Below are positions 1 to 15,106 of a stretch of 64,000 bases of DNA, one piece after another (the first letter of the stretch is position 1; the number at the start of each line of letters is the position of its first letter). This DNA is from Eledone cirrhosa. Taxonomy: Eukaryota. The DNA is taken from assembly GCA_964016885.1 (NCBI GenBank), contig OZ024740.1, forward strand, positions 115,072,001-115,136,000, read 5' to 3'. The position numbers and the translations under genes were made by a program. The notes under the pieces were generated by a model. It was not told where the DNA came from, ran no database searches, and saw only the letters and a program-made list of their open reading frames with translations.

Positions 1-227
1 TTTCCAAAATGTCTACAAATATAATTAATCTCATCAATTGGGTTATGAAAAATGGATCATAATATTGGCAACACAGAGAAATAAAAGAAGAAAAACATTT
101 GATGAGAAACAGTTGGCTTGTGCATATAAGTGTTTGTGTAGGCATGTGTATAGATGTCTGCGTATCCATGTATATGTTATATGTGTGTATAAACATACAC
201 ACCAAAAAGCATAGGCAGCGTCCCACA

Positions 228-1093
<866 letters not shown>

Positions 1094-1437
1094 ATAAACT
1101 CTAAGTCTCAATTATGATTTCAATGTCTTTGTGGGCGTCTTTATACATTTATAGGTTTCCCCCTCTTGATTTTATGATCTCCTTTGAAGTTTAAACGTCA
1201 TCCTTATAGCACTGAATGCTGTTATCTGTGACCGAATGTATACAGATAGTTCCACTTCAAACCAGAGTGTTGTTCAACAACGCAGTTATCCGCCATCTTT
1301 CATTACCTCCATACTACTCTGCTGCCTACTCATACGGTCACAGGCCTCACTACTTCTGACGTGTATGTTAATTATGATAATCATCAACAAAACTACAATA
1401 AAAAAGGACTAAATATTATATGCCATCGTAAACACAC

Positions 1438-1520
<83 letters not shown>

Positions 1521-1740
1521 TATATACATATATATATGGGTGTCTGTGTGTGTGTTGAGGGAGAGAAAAAAACAGAAAGAAAGAAGGAAAGAAGGAAAGA
1601 AAGAAAGAGTGAGAAAGGGAGAAACGAAGAGAGATTTCTATTTAAGTACATATATACTGATTTTAATATAAATTAAAAACAGATATCTTTTCTAAATAAG
1701 ACATTAGTATAATATAGTCCATATTTTTGTATATTTAACG

Positions 1741-1930
1741 ATAATTGTTTCTACTTTTCGCACAAGGCCACCAATTACCTAAGTGCATTACTGGTGCTTT
1801 ATTTTATCGACTACGTAAGGATGAAAGGTAAAATTAACCACGACGGGATTTGAACACATAGCGTAAAGGGACGTAACTCTATGCTGCAAAGAATGGTGTC
1901 TGATGCTTTACCGATACTGCCAATCCACCG
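1741..1930 (-). mobile_element. tRNA-derived SINE, family S1 (octopus-type)
   Basis: The minus strand reads CGGTGGATTGGCAGTATCGGTA (A-box-like), GTGTTCAAATCCCG (B-box-like), central CCTTTCATCCTTACGTAGTCGATAAAATAAAGCACCAG and tail GGCCTTGTGCGAAAAGTAGAAACAATTAT. About ten homologous copies occur in the window. Confidence 0.85.
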
Positions 1931-2049
1931 ATTGTATATTTGACGAAAATGTACAATAACAGTGGCTTTGAGATTTCGCCAGGTACGGCTATTCAGACGT
2001 ATTCATACGGCTCTTCAGACGTATTCACACAAACATTTATATAGGGACA

Positions 2050-2295
2050 GAGATGTGCGGCCTTTTGGTAAGGCTGTTGGACTTACGATCATAATATCGT
2101 CGTTTCAATTCATTGACTGGGTTGTTTGTTGTGTTCTTGAGCAAAACACTTCGTTTCACATTACTTCAGTATACTTAGTCAAAAATGGGTACCAGCAATA
2201 GCTGAGGGGATTTAACCCTGTGATGTCCTGGCGTCCTGTTAAGAGGGCAGTTTTGTATTCTCAGTCGCTTAACGCCACTGAAACCGGGACACTTT
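2050..2295 (+). mobile_element. Degenerate SINE of a second family
   Basis: tRNA-like head (GTGCGGCC...GGTAAGG, GTTTCAATTC), then GTTCTTGAGCAAAACACT and AAATGGGTACCAGC, ending CACTGAAACCGGGA, which recurs at ~2439. Confidence 0.5.
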
Positions 2296-2515
2296 ATTTC
2301 ACGTTGTTCCAGTTTATTCAGCTCTAGAAATGAGATGATAGGACTAGGATCCCTATCATTAAATTTCCCAAGACACCTCCAACGAGATATACCTTGGAGG
2401 AGGTCAGCTACAACTGCATAGGTGTGAGCTGTTGCGTGCACTGAAACCGGGATAAGCACGGTCCGGGTAAACCTCCGGGGTTGAGACATACTTCAGCGTG
2501 TGTGTGTGTGTGTGT

Positions 2516-2601
<86 letters not shown>

Positions 2602-3214
2602 TTATATAAATATATGCATATATCTATTAATGCATATATATAAATGCATTAATGTATGTTTGTAGGTGAATATATTTTCAGTGGCGTCGAATAGTTTAAA
2701 GATGAGCTTACGCCGATGATTAAGCGTCAGTAATTTCCGTTTATTTAATTACTTACCATCAACACATATATGCTTATATATAAAAATATTTACTTTTTTC
2801 AATTCTATACGCTAAATACGAAGCTTTTATTGGCCTAATGCAATTAATAAAAACATCAACAAAGGAAAATAAACAAACGCAAAACGCCACTTAATTTGAA
2901 AACATTTCTTAGTCTGTATTATATACTATATATATAACTAAAGCAAATATTAATAATTATTTCATTATATCAATGTTTGATATAATCAGATTGATTATAT
3001 CAAGAGGATAGGTTGATGGATTAGAAAAGTTTTTAGAGCATCAGGCAAATGCTTTCCCTTATTTAATCATGCTCTTTACGCTCTGAATTCACATTCGAGA
3101 TTAACGTTGCATTTAGTCTTTCCGAGTTCGATACATTTTCAATGACTACCCACTTTCCTTTAGATTGATGGTCGTGTGCCAAAATTAAAAACATTATATT
3201 ATTGATGTATCACA

Positions 3215-3400
3215 AGGTGTGTTTGGGCGGTTAAAGAATTTGCTTTGCAGTCACGTTGTCCCGGGTTCGACTCACCTACGTGGTATATTGTTAAAGCATC
3301 TTTGCCATAGTCTTGAGCTGTTCTAAGCCTTATGCGTGACATTGTGTGGAGGTACATCAGATGGACTGTATCTCCAATTCTTTGGTCCAGCTTTGTTTCA
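3215..3400 (+). mobile_element. Degenerate tRNA-head SINE
   Basis: GGTGTGTTTGGGCGGTTAAAG...CCGGGTTCGACTC, resembling A and B boxes. Confidence 0.45.
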
Positions 3401-3967
3401 TATTCTGTCACGCAGATTTGCATTAGGAATTATCATATGTATACACGTGTCAGTGGAATATTAAGCTTAATGAGTTGTAAATTCCAGTGTAGGTGTGCCC
3501 GTGTCTGTTTATGTCATACAACTTTAATTTTGACCAAAATCGAACGGGAATCTATATCTCACGCGTCAAAATATAGCCAGGGTCCACCTAATTGACTAAA
3601 TACTTTGTAAAGCACGCTCATGACTGAAACCAGTAAAAGCTTTTCTATTGATTTCTGTTTAATGAAACAGTTCTAGTCCTGTAGAAGTCATTTCTATATT
3701 AAACTTGTTGTTTACCCTCTACTAATGCATTGAGTACTTTTCTAACTTTAGTTACTCCCGATTGAACCCGATACATACATAACACACACACATATATGTA
3801 TATATTATATATGGGGGAGGATTGCCTGTATGATTGTTTGCGTGCGTGTTCATACGCAAATCTTAAATCTTGTGATTTCAGTCCAGTGTCTGATGGTGAA
3901 AGATTGGGAATTCGAGAAACTGCGGCTATAGCGCTTACTCCTGTTACTAACTGAGATAATGAATACA

Positions 3968-4102
<135 letters not shown>

Positions 4103-4405
4103 CTCTCTCTCTCTCTCGCTTTCTCTCTCACTCACCCACACTCTCTCTCTCTTTCTCAAACACACATACACACACACATAAACACATATAGATAGAGAGC
4201 CAAAGTTGTATGTACCTTGGAACTCATTATGTCTTTGTCAGAGTGGGGATAAAGGAAGAAATACAATGTTACTACACTGTTTATCTAATCTCCTAATTAA
4301 GGGAAAGACAAGCTTAACTAGATTCAGTTAAGTTTACTGACATAAACATGTGTTTCAAATTAAGTACGTGCAATATTAATATGATTATATATATATATTT
4401 ATATA

Positions 4406-4486
<81 letters not shown>

Positions 4487-4664
4487 CTGTGAGAGAGAGA
4501 GAGAGTGAGCGAGAGAGATAGTGTGTATGTGTGTGCGTATGTGTGTGTATGTATGTGTTCGTGTGTCTGTCTCTCTCTCTCTCTATATATATATATACCC
4601 ACATTAAATATATACATATATATAGAGAGAGAAGAAATTAAAAGATAGTTAAAGAAGTTCCATA

Positions 4665-4734
4665 TATTTTATTATGCGCATTTCGAAAACAACATCGTCC
4701 TGGGACAAAAATTGTGTTCTCATCAGATAAAATA
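4665..4734 (-). ncRNA. Type-I hammerhead ribozyme (inverted pLTR copy)
   Basis: TATTTTAT-CTGATGA-GAACAC...GTTTTC-GAAA-TGCGCA-TA-ATAAAATA: perfect stem I and palindromic stem III. Confidence 0.85.
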
Positions 4735-4936
4735 AGGTAACATGATATGAGGCCTAAAAACACTTGTCAACAGGAAAGTACAAAACATACATATGACTGA
4801 AAATATAATAGTAAGAAAAAGATAGGGAAATAGAAAAAAAGAAAAGAAGAAGAAGGAGAAAAGGAAAAAGAAAGCGGGGAGAGGAAAAAAGAAAGGAGAA
4901 AAACGAAAGAAGGAAAATTCCTCAACTTCGCGGCGG

Positions 4937-6517
4937 AATTTATCGTGATGATGCTCTTTTTACTGTCTCTAATTGTAACAAAGTAAACTTTAATATTATT
5001 AAGAAAAATATACTCGATCTATTTAAGCATCTTAACTTAAAAATTGAATTCAAGAATAATGATAAATTTACAAATTTCCTGGATATATCCCTTAATCTAG
5101 ATACCGGCCTATATGACCCATATCTTAAGGATAATGAGAACTTAAATTACGTTAACTTTAAATCTAACCACCCTAATAATTGTTTCTACTTTTGGCACAA
5201 GGCCAGCAATTACCCAGTACATTACTGGTACTTTATTTTATCGACCCCGTAAGGATGAAAGGCAAAGTTAACCTTAGAGGGATTTGAACTCAGATCATAA
5301 AGGGACGTAACTATGCTGGAAAGTATATCCGACCCTCTACCGATACTGCCAATTCACCTCCCTTTTAACCCCCGATACTGCCAATTCACCTCCCAATTAA
5401 CCACCCTAATAATGTTAAAACTGCTATAGTCAGAAGTGTGGAAAAAAGAATTTCTAATTTATCTTCTAACAAAGATATCTTCGAAGCTAACGCCAATTAT
5501 TATAATAATGCGCTATCTAGGGCTGGATATCTAGACAAAATTAGGTATACTAAGAAAACTAATCTTGGAAGAGCCTATAGTAACTCTAGTATTGTAGCTA
5601 GTAATAATCATACCACTACCAAAAGGAGGAGACCTAGATATAAAAATATCCTTTGGTACAACGCTCCTTTCTCTCTCTCCGTTATTAATAATATCCCTAA
5701 ATTATTTTTTAGGGCACTATATAACAGCTTCCCTCCTTCAGATATATATAGCAAGATATTCAATAAGCATAATATTAAATTCTCATACTCCACTACCTCG
5801 AACATTTCTAAAATTATCTCAAGACATAATTCTAAAATATTAAATAATAACTCATATGCATCCAACCATGAGAGTCATAATAATAACACCCTAAGGCCCG
5901 ACCTCAATGTAAACTCTAACACAAATATAAATACAACGTCAAACGTAACTTTGAGGAATACATAAAATAGTAATGTAAATCTAGAAACTTTAGCACCTCC
6001 CTTAGTTAATTCTACCACTCCAGTTCCTAATATAATTAATCCTGGGCCACTTGCCAATAACACTGTAAATAATCTTAATCATAAATGCAACTGCCCTATT
6101 AGAACTAATTGTCCTCTTAGTAATTTCTGTCTCGATAACAACCTAATATACGAATATAAAGTGGTAACTAGTACCAATACCTATACCTACATTCGCTCTA
6201 CTCCTACCTCTTTTAAAGCAAGATTCTATAACCATTCTTCTATATTTAAATATCCACTTAAAAAGGACCAGCACCGCACTCTCAGAGCTTATTCGGTCCT
6301 TAAAAGAGACAAAAACATTAATTACGAAATTTCTTGGCGTAAAATCTACAACGCATCTCCATACTCCAATGATTCCACATCTAGTGTTTGTAATTCATGT
6401 CTAGTTGAAAAATTTACCATTATCTCGAATTTCAACTCTTTAATAAATAGAAGAACAGATTTATTTGGTCTTTGCAATCATAAATCCTTCAAGACCTTTC
6501 ACAAAGTATATAGCTAA
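4937..6517 (+). pseudogene. PLE RT C-terminus plus GIY-YIG endonuclease, interrupted by a SINE and stops
   Basis: ORFs 5438-5965 and 6161-6517 plus the upstream YRDD/FLDISL segment. Confidence 0.88.
5178..5394 (-). mobile_element. SINE S1 inserted in the PLE, with 16-bp TSD
   Basis: TAACCACCCTAATAAT occurs at both 5165-5180 and 5398-5413. Confidence 0.9.
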
Positions 6518-7369
6518 TGTCCTATAACTTGTTTCCACGAATAACGGTTAATTTTTTACACATAATTCTTTTACATATATATTCTTTTTACATATATATA
6601 TTTTTTTAATATATTTTTTTACACATATTTCATTATATTCTACAATGTATTAATTTAGTTTTCTCAGCATATTTTAAGCCTTTGACCTTTTTTCGATAGC
6701 TTTAAACTTTCGCTCAAACCTTCGTATATTTTGTAAACAAACTATGACGTCATATGTTTTTTCTACGTTTATAAATCATTCTAGCAATTTCCTTTATTTA
6801 CTTGTTGATATTAAATAATAATTAAATAGTATACCCCACATATATGGATTTTTAATAGAAATTTTTTATTTTGACATAGATAGACTATTTTTATTTTTTA
6901 TTTCATTTTTATTTATTTTATATAAAAATCTTTTTTTATACTTATTTTAATTTAAATTAATTTTATTTTATTAATACATTTTTACACTTCTTAATCCAAG
7001 TTTTAGTATTTAAACCCAATATAAAATAATATACCCAGTTTCTATATTTTAGACATCTAATATTTGAATACCATCTATAATATTCGCACATACATCCCAT
7101 CAATTTACTCTTTAACCGTTATCTACAGCTGTTTTCGTATTGACAGCGTTCCTGATCAAACATCTCTTACTCTCTCTTTCTCTCTCTACCTTCATTCTTT
7201 TTTCCTTGTTTCTTTTTTCCACTCCTCACTTTCTTTTTCCTTTTTCTCCTGCTTCTTCTTTTCTTTTTTTCTATTTTTCTATCTTTTTCTTACTATTATA
7301 TTTTCAGTCATATGTAGGTTTTGCTCTATCCTGTTGACAAGTGTTTTTAGGCCTCATATCATGTTACCT

Positions 7370-7439
7370 TATTTTATCTGATGAGAACACAATTTTTGTC
7401 CCAGGATGATGTTGTTTTCGAAATGCGCATAATGAAATA
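7370..7439 (+). ncRNA. Type-I hammerhead ribozyme (3' pLTR)
   Basis: TATTTTAT-CTGATGA-GAACAC...GTTTTC-GAAA-TGCGCA-TA-ATGAAATA. Confidence 0.85.
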
Positions 7440-7470
7440 TATGGAACATCTTTAACCATCTTTTAATTTC

Positions 7471-7520
<50 letters not shown>

Positions 7521-7523
<3 letters not shown>

Positions 7524-7632
7524 TTGTTTTGCTTTGTATTAGATATTACAAAAAATATTACAAAATATATCAGCTCGACATGTAGTCGAGCTGATATTTT
7601 TTGTAATATCTAATACAAAACAAAACAAAGAG
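7521..7632. repeat. Short foldback (inverted repeat) next to (TA)n
   Basis: TCTTTGTTTTGCTTTGTATTAGATATTACAAAAAA...CAGCTCGAC / GTCGAGCTG...TTTTTTGTAATATCTAATACAAAACAAAACAAAGA. Confidence 0.85.
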
Positions 7633-7768
7633 ATACTACTATAACTATAGGACAAAGCATTGATTGTTAGAAATAGGATTTTGATTGCCTTTGATGCTTT
7701 CAACTTCTCATTCTCTCTCTCTCTCTCACTCTCTCGCTCGCTCTCTCTTTGTACGTATATAAGTATGC

Positions 7769-7872
<104 letters not shown>

Positions 7873-8082
7873 ATGCGAATTTATCGTTGTTTTGGTATAT
7901 GTATGGCCAATGCCTTCGTTCGTTTTTCTTCGTGCCACATTATTTAACTGTTGTGTTTACTCTAGACGGTAATGTATTAACATATTGAGTGTTTTTTGAT
8001 TGCCTAAAAAAATTGATTAGTACCTGATATATGTCAGCTTGAACTTCGAATCATTTCCTAATAAAATATATATATATATATA

Positions 8083-9685
8083 TAAAGATTTACATATACA
8101 CAGACTATACAAAGTCACAGATATATATGTGTTTTGGCAACCATTTACGATATGGCTCAATGGTGAATTAATCAATTAAATAATCAGAGCAATATACTAT
8201 AAAGTATGTGCATAGAATCATTTGATAATATATATACACCATTTCCTCTCACAATTAGCATAATTAACCACACAAAAAATCAATTAGACCAGGCTATAAG
8301 ATTAAAAGGCACCTATGAAGAAATAGTAGATAAATAAACGACAACAATCTTTTCGCGGCCAACCGCCATAGAACCTTTACCCATCATTTCAACAGCACGT
8401 GGAAATCGACTAAATATACCGTCAACCATACACAATTAGATATAAAATTAATGTTAGAAGAAATGCATATACACATACCAGGATTACGTTTCTACCCTCG
8501 GGTTTCGTTCGCATTTGCCAATATCCTATTAAGGATAAAATACCGAGCTTCGAACCCATCAGGAAACAAACTCGTTTGGACAGATTATTTTTTAAAGTGA
8601 TCCCCGCCTGAAACGAATTCAAAATGGCTAAGAATTGTGACGTGGCAGTGGTCAAGTCAGAAAGAATGTGATTGGTTGTTTACGGCGAGTGGGCTGGTTT
8701 CTAGAAAGCGCAGCCCAATATTGCCCAAATTGTATCTCAACCTTATGGGAGATTATTAAATATAAAGATTTACATATACACAGACTATAGAAAGTCACAG
8801 ATATATATGTCTTTTGGCAACCATTCATGATGTGGCTCAATGATGAATTAATAAATTAAATAATCAGAGCAATATACTATAAAGTATGTCCATAGAATCA
8901 TTTGATAATATATATACACCATTTCCTCTCCCAATTAGCATAATTAACCACACAAAAAATCAATTAGACCAGGCTAAGAGGTTAAAAGGCACGTGCGAAA
9001 AAATAGTAGATAAATAAACGATAGCAATCTCTTCGCGGCCAATAGCAATAGAATATTCACACAACATTTCAACAGCACGGGGAAATTGATTTTTTGTGTG
9101 GTTAATTATGCTAATTGGGAGAGAAAAAAGGTGTATATATATTATCAAATGATTCTATGGACATACTTTCTAGAAACCAGCCCACTCGCCGTAAACAACC
9201 AATCACATTCTTTCTGACTTGACCACTACCACGTCACAATTCTTAGCCATTTTGAATTCGTTTCTGGTGGGGATCACTTTAGAAAATAATCTGTCCAAAC
9301 GAGTTTGTTTCCTGATGGGTTCGAAGCACGGGATTGTATCCTTAATGGGATATTTGCAAATGCGAATGAACACGAGGGTAGAAACGTAATCCTGGTATGT
9401 GTATATGCATTTCTTCTAACTTAAATTTTATACCTAATTGTGTATGGTTGACGGTATATTTAATCGATTTCCACGTGCTGTTGAAATGTTGGGTAAATAT
9501 TCTATGGCGGTTGGCAGCGAAGAGATTGCTGTCGTTTATTTATCCACTATTTCTTCATAGGTGCCTTTTAATCTTATAGCCTGGTCTAATTGATTTTTGT
9601 GTGGTTAATTATGCTAATTGGGAGAGGAAATGGTGTATATGTATTATCAAATGATTCTATGGACATACATACTTTATAGTATATA
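8083..9685. mobile_element. Non-coding tandem plus inverted pLTR-like element with hammerheads
   Basis: 8083-8405 is repeated directly at 8761-9085; 9085-9685 is an inverted copy of 8195-8705. Hammerheads at 8488-8567 (-) and 9307-9385 (+). Confidence 0.8.
8488..8567 (-). ncRNA. Hammerhead-like motif with CUGAUGG core
   Basis: GTTTC-CTGATGG-GTTCG...CGAAC-GAAA-CCCGAGGG-TA-GAAAC. Confidence 0.65.
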
Positions 9686-10336
9686 TATAGATTTTACTAA
9701 ATATCCAATTATATTAATAAGTCCTAGATTTAATAATTAACTAATTAATTTAATTAGACAATTCTGTTGATTGGTTAATTATTTGTGTTTGTTTAATAGC
9801 ATCTGGTTGAAAGCTTATTCTGATGGTTAGCCGAAATTAATATTTCCTTTGTCTAACATTTTGAATGACCCGCCAAAAACCGGGGGTTGTTTCCCTTGCT
9901 GGAAATAACACGTGACAACTATATATATATGATATGCTGAACCTAGCGGTAACATTTAGCTTAAATCACCGTTCTTTGGTAGAACGAAAACCTGTTGATG
10001 AACTGAATCCTCTGTTCGATCATGACTACCACGAGCTTGCCAGTTACGTAAGTCTGATATTTGATTTCGGATTCATAGAAACACTTTAAACGTATAACGT
10101 TTGATTGTCCAGGTGTATTTTCTCAACCTGTTAGTTCTTTCGTTACTTTAGTATATTGTGTGCTAGATTTTGCCTACCACAATGTTCAATTTGTCAAGCT
10201 ATTTAAACGCATGTTATTACTCTGAGGACCTACCTCGTCGAGTGCTTTGCTAACTCATTCTCATAGTAGGTCGAATTTGCTTGCACACCGCCAGAGATTC
10301 GATTTTACTAAATATACGATTATATATATATATATA

Positions 10337-10471
10337 TAGGAACAAGTAAGACCCCGACGGCTGAGCTCAGCCGTCGGGGTCTTACTTGCTCCTATTACCC
10401 ATTCTACTACCCTAAGTATTGAGTACTTTGGTGCGTTATGGTCTACCTGGTTCCTTACCACATTTCCTTCG

Positions 10472-10473
<2 letters not shown>
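10337..10473 (+). mobile_element. Short foldback-plus-tail element, family F1 (also 15103-15300, 28877-29068, 32880-33032, 40339-40508, 57313-57410, fragment 22086-22122)
   Basis: Palindrome AGGAACAAGTAAGACCCCGACGGCTGAG/CTCAGCCGTCGGGGTCTTACTTGCTCCT followed by a tail shared by the other copies except the 22086 fragment; each lies in (TA)n. Confidence 0.85.
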
Positions 10474-10538
<65 letters not shown>

Positions 10539-10541
<3 letters not shown>

Positions 10542-11954
10542 AAAAGAATGAAACGAAATTTCATTCCTCACTCTTAGTACGGCTGATACCTAAATATAAG
10601 TATGTATACGTACATACATATATGTGTACAGACGTAAAGTAGTATGTATATATATATATACGTGCACACACATATATATATATATATATGTACGTATGGG
10701 TTTACCGAACATTTATTATTATGTTTGGTTTGTTTGTAAACAAACAGCCGGATTTACGCCGTACAGTGCTCGGCAACCATTGTCGGCCTTTTGTTCAACA
10801 CTGACACAGGAACGATGTACTAGTTTCAAGCTTATTAGCTATCGTCAGCATCGTATACCTTTCTGTCAGATGATTGAACATTTGAAATTATATACTTTCC
10901 TTATGCATATTAACGGCTGAGCAGCCTAATTTGCATATCGAGTGAGTTAGTCGGCCGGGCGGAGCGAAGACGATAAATGGAAAAGAATGAAACTTAATTT
11001 AATTTCTCACTCTTAGTACGGCTGATACCTAAATATAAGTATGTATACGTATATGCATATATGTGTACAGACGTACGTTCGTATACATACTTATATTTAG
11101 GTATCAGCCGTACTACGAGTAAGAAATGAAATTTAGTTTCATTTTTTTCCATTTATCGTTTTTGGTCCGCCCGGCCGACTAACTCACTTGATATGCAAAT
11201 TAGGCTGCTCAGCCGTTAATATGCATAAGGAAAGTATATACTTTCAAACGTTCAATCGTCTGACAGAAAGGTATACGAGGCTGACGATAGCTAATAAGCT
11301 TGAAACTAATACATCGTATATCGTTCCTGTGTCAGTGTTGAACAAAGGGGCGACGATGGTTGCCGAGCACTGTACGGCGTAATTCGGGCTGTTTGTTTAC
11401 AAACAAACCGAACATTATAATAAATGTTCGGTAAACCCATACGTACATTTATATATATGTGTGCATGTATGTATATATCTCCATACTCCTTTACGTCAGT
11501 ACACATATATGTATGTACGAATACATACTTATATTTAGGTATCAGCCGTACTAAGAGTGAGGAATGAAGTTTCGTTTCATTCTTTTCCATTTACGTTTTT
11601 GGTCCGCCCGGCCGACTAACTCACTCAATATGCAAATTAGCTGTTCAGCCGTTAATATGCATAAGGAAAGTATATACTTTCAAACATTCAATCATCTGAC
11701 AGAAAGGTGTACGATGCTGACTGTAGCTAATAAGCTTGAAATTAGTACATCGTTCCTGTGTCAGTGTTGAACAAAAGGGCGACGATGGTTGCCGAGCAAT
11801 CTACGGCGGAATTCTGGCTGTTTGTTTACAAACAAACCGAACATTATAATAAATGTTCAGTAAACCCATACGTACATATATATATGTGTGCATGTATGTA
11901 TTAATATACATACTACTGTACGTCTGTACACATATATGTATGTACGTATACATA

Positions 11955-11957
<3 letters not shown>
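10539..11957. mobile_element. Retrozyme/pLTR-like array of ~436-bp units, tandem and inverted about ~11075
   Basis: Unit 10539-10978 plus a partial copy on minus; two units 11080-11957 on plus; one hammerhead per full unit; flanked by (TA)n. Confidence 0.87.
10812..10854 (-). ncRNA. Intact minimal type-I hammerhead (degenerate copies at 11275-11317 + and 11711-11753 +)
   Basis: ACGATG-CTGACGA-TAGCTAATAAGCTT-GAAA-CTAG-TA-CATCGT. Confidence 0.9.
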
Positions 11958-12020
<63 letters not shown>

Positions 12021-12188
12021 GCAAGAAGCAAAGAAAATTACAGTGGTACGAAAAGATTTCCTGGTGGAAGTTCAGCTAAACTCCGGGTGTATATCCAATA
12101 TGAATGGACCTGTTATTTTTATCCAAAGTCATTTTTTTCCAATTCCACCGCGCCCGTCCCCTTCAATCTATCTTATTTCTTATTCTTT

Positions 12189-12223
12189 CCTCTGATGAAG
12201 GACTAGCGCCCGAAACATTAAGA
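12189..12223 (+). ncRNA. Minimal hammerhead in a pLTR fragment (same family at 15415-15450 -, 55184-55219 -, degenerate at ~28693)
   Basis: CTGATGA-AGGACTAGCGCCC-GAAA-CATTA-AGA; copy 15415 reads CTGATGAAGGACTGGCGTCCGAAATGTTAAGA. Confidence 0.75.
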
Positions 12224-12441
12224 CCCTCTTCCTGCTATGTTAACCTAATATATTCCTTCCATATACTGTACCAATTGTGTTGTTATTTCTGTTTATCTCA
12301 TATATATGTTTATATATATATATATACATATATATATGTAGATTTATATGTATATATATATATACACATATACAAATATATATATATATTATAATAAAAT
12401 AACAGGAGGCTGGACTTGTGTAAATTCTTTGAAGGTTTATT

Positions 12442-12499
12442 ATACTATGATCATTTCAATGACCGGGTTCCGTATGAATCCGGTGATATCATCAGGTAT
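12442..12499 (-). ncRNA. Type-I hammerhead ribozyme
   Basis: ATAC-CTGATGA-TATCACCGGATTC...GAACCCGGTCATT-GAAA-TGATCA-TA-GTAT. Confidence 0.85.
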
Positions 12500-12611
12500 T
12501 CGAAATAGAGCAAAGGAATATAACAGATAAAATCCATGGGGCTGAAAATCATAGACAAGAGGACGACCGACCATCTAGCATCTTCTACTTTAATCGGTCG
12601 CCCTCAAATAA

Positions 12612-12983
12612 AGACTTGGACACTGACCAAGAAACTCACTCAGATGGTGGATGGGTGCTACACGAGAATGTTGAGGATGGCTCTGAACATTAATCAGTAT
12701 ACACTGAGGATGAAAAACTCAGAGATGTATGGGAGCATCCCAAAAGTCAGCTCAAAAGTGACACAGAGGAGACTGAGGTTAGCTGGACATGCTCACCGAC
12801 ATCCAGAGTTGACATTGCACTCAGTGCTCCTTTGGGAGCCCCTACATGGACACACTAGAAGAGGAAGACTAAGGTTAACGTATGTTGATGCCCTAAGGAC
12901 AGACACTGGTCTGTTGGAGACGCAGGACATGGCAACGATAACGAGGGACAGAGACCGCTGGAGAGAACTCGTCCATGGATCTC
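12612..12983 (+). mobile_element. RTE-type LINE 3' fragment
   Basis: TWTLTKK...CYTRMLRMAL...RRLRLAGH...LLWEP...RGR...TYVD...DRDRWR is the typical RTE-clade post-RT C-terminus; it ends in (TA)n. Confidence 0.85.
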
Positions 12984-13001
12984 GGGAATTTTACCCGCCT
13001 T

Positions 13002-13060
<59 letters not shown>

Positions 13061-13823
13061 ACTTGTGTCACCATGTTTACACGTGTGTAAAAGTGCTTAT
13101 TGATACATACATCTATATCCATACGCACATATATTTTACACTGATTGTATAGAGTTTTACTACTACACAATAATTCTACCTCACTTCGTTATTTCATCAT
13201 TAACTTTTAATGAAATAATTCCTCGATGGAACCAATCTAGAATTACCCATTTCATTATGAATTACTACAATGCCTGAATCTGAGAGAGTAGGCCATTAAC
13301 TAAAATCACTGCTATGTATAATATATGATGTCATTAGAAGTTATTATATCGAATGAACTGCGTTGGTTATTAATGATTTATAGAGCTAAACTATATGCAT
13401 TAAAGAAATCAGCTCGGTTCCAAGTACACAAATATATAACTCCCCTGTGATAATATTCAGTGAGGTTATAACATAAATACCGGTTGTAGTTTAGCTCCAG
13501 GACAACCATGATTAGGCAGAACTATTATCAAATCAGCTTAAGCCGTGAGAATTCGATCGTTTGTACTTCAAAGATCACATTATCCATTATATCGTTGTTG
13601 ATGGTGCTGTTGTTGCTCTTGTTGTTGTTACTTCCGTTGTTGTAGTTATTGTTATTGTTGTTTAGCCTACTACACCACATCCTTCTGTATCTATCCATCC
13701 CGCACTATTAACCACTCGCCCCCATTCCAAGTAAAATATAAATACTGAAGCTGACAAAAATTCTTCGACTTATCTGGTGAATTTTTACAGTTCTGGCCGT
13801 TGTAACTTATTTCTATAATAAAA

Positions 13824-14784
<961 letters not shown>

Positions 14785-15026
14785 TATATATATATAATAG
14801 AAAAAACGAAGTTTCTTTTATATATGAAAATATTTATTGCGTATCGACCTGTTACGCACGTCTCGCAGAGTATTCGCTCAACGCTCGTAATTGGTCTATG
14901 CGCCATAAATATTTTTCATATGTAAACGAAACTTCCTCATCTTCTTCTATTATATACACTCTGCCAGTGCACAGAGTGCTCGATTTGATACCAATACCAT
15001 TATTTCACCGTACCATCGTACTACCT

Positions 15027-15106
<80 letters not shown>

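Larger units (their letters stand above)
4632..7473 (+). mobile_element. 5'-truncated Penelope-like retroelement (Naiad-like) with inverted pLTRs
   Basis: RT remnant YRDDAL at ~4940, ILWYNAPFS, linker KCNCPIRTNCPL, and GIY-YIG-like IYEYKV...YIRSTPTSFKARFYNH...CNSCLVEK...CNHK. A ~290 bp inverted repeat (4632-4915 vs 7190-7473) carries hammerheads; flanked by microsatellite. Confidence 0.9.

Noticed and set aside
1741-1930. tRNA gene suggested by A/B boxes
   Set aside because: There is no cloverleaf; it is the head of a multi-copy SINE.
5963-6160. Selenocysteine read-through in the Naiad-like ORF
   Set aside because: The stop is TAA, and the Cys codons in the CNC/CPL motifs are ordinary TGC/TGT.
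10261-10461. Recurrent peptide MVRNQVDHNAPKYSILRVVEWVIG (also 15025, 28788, 57325)
   Set aside because: It is the antisense reading of the non-coding F1 tail, and the frames run into (TA)n.
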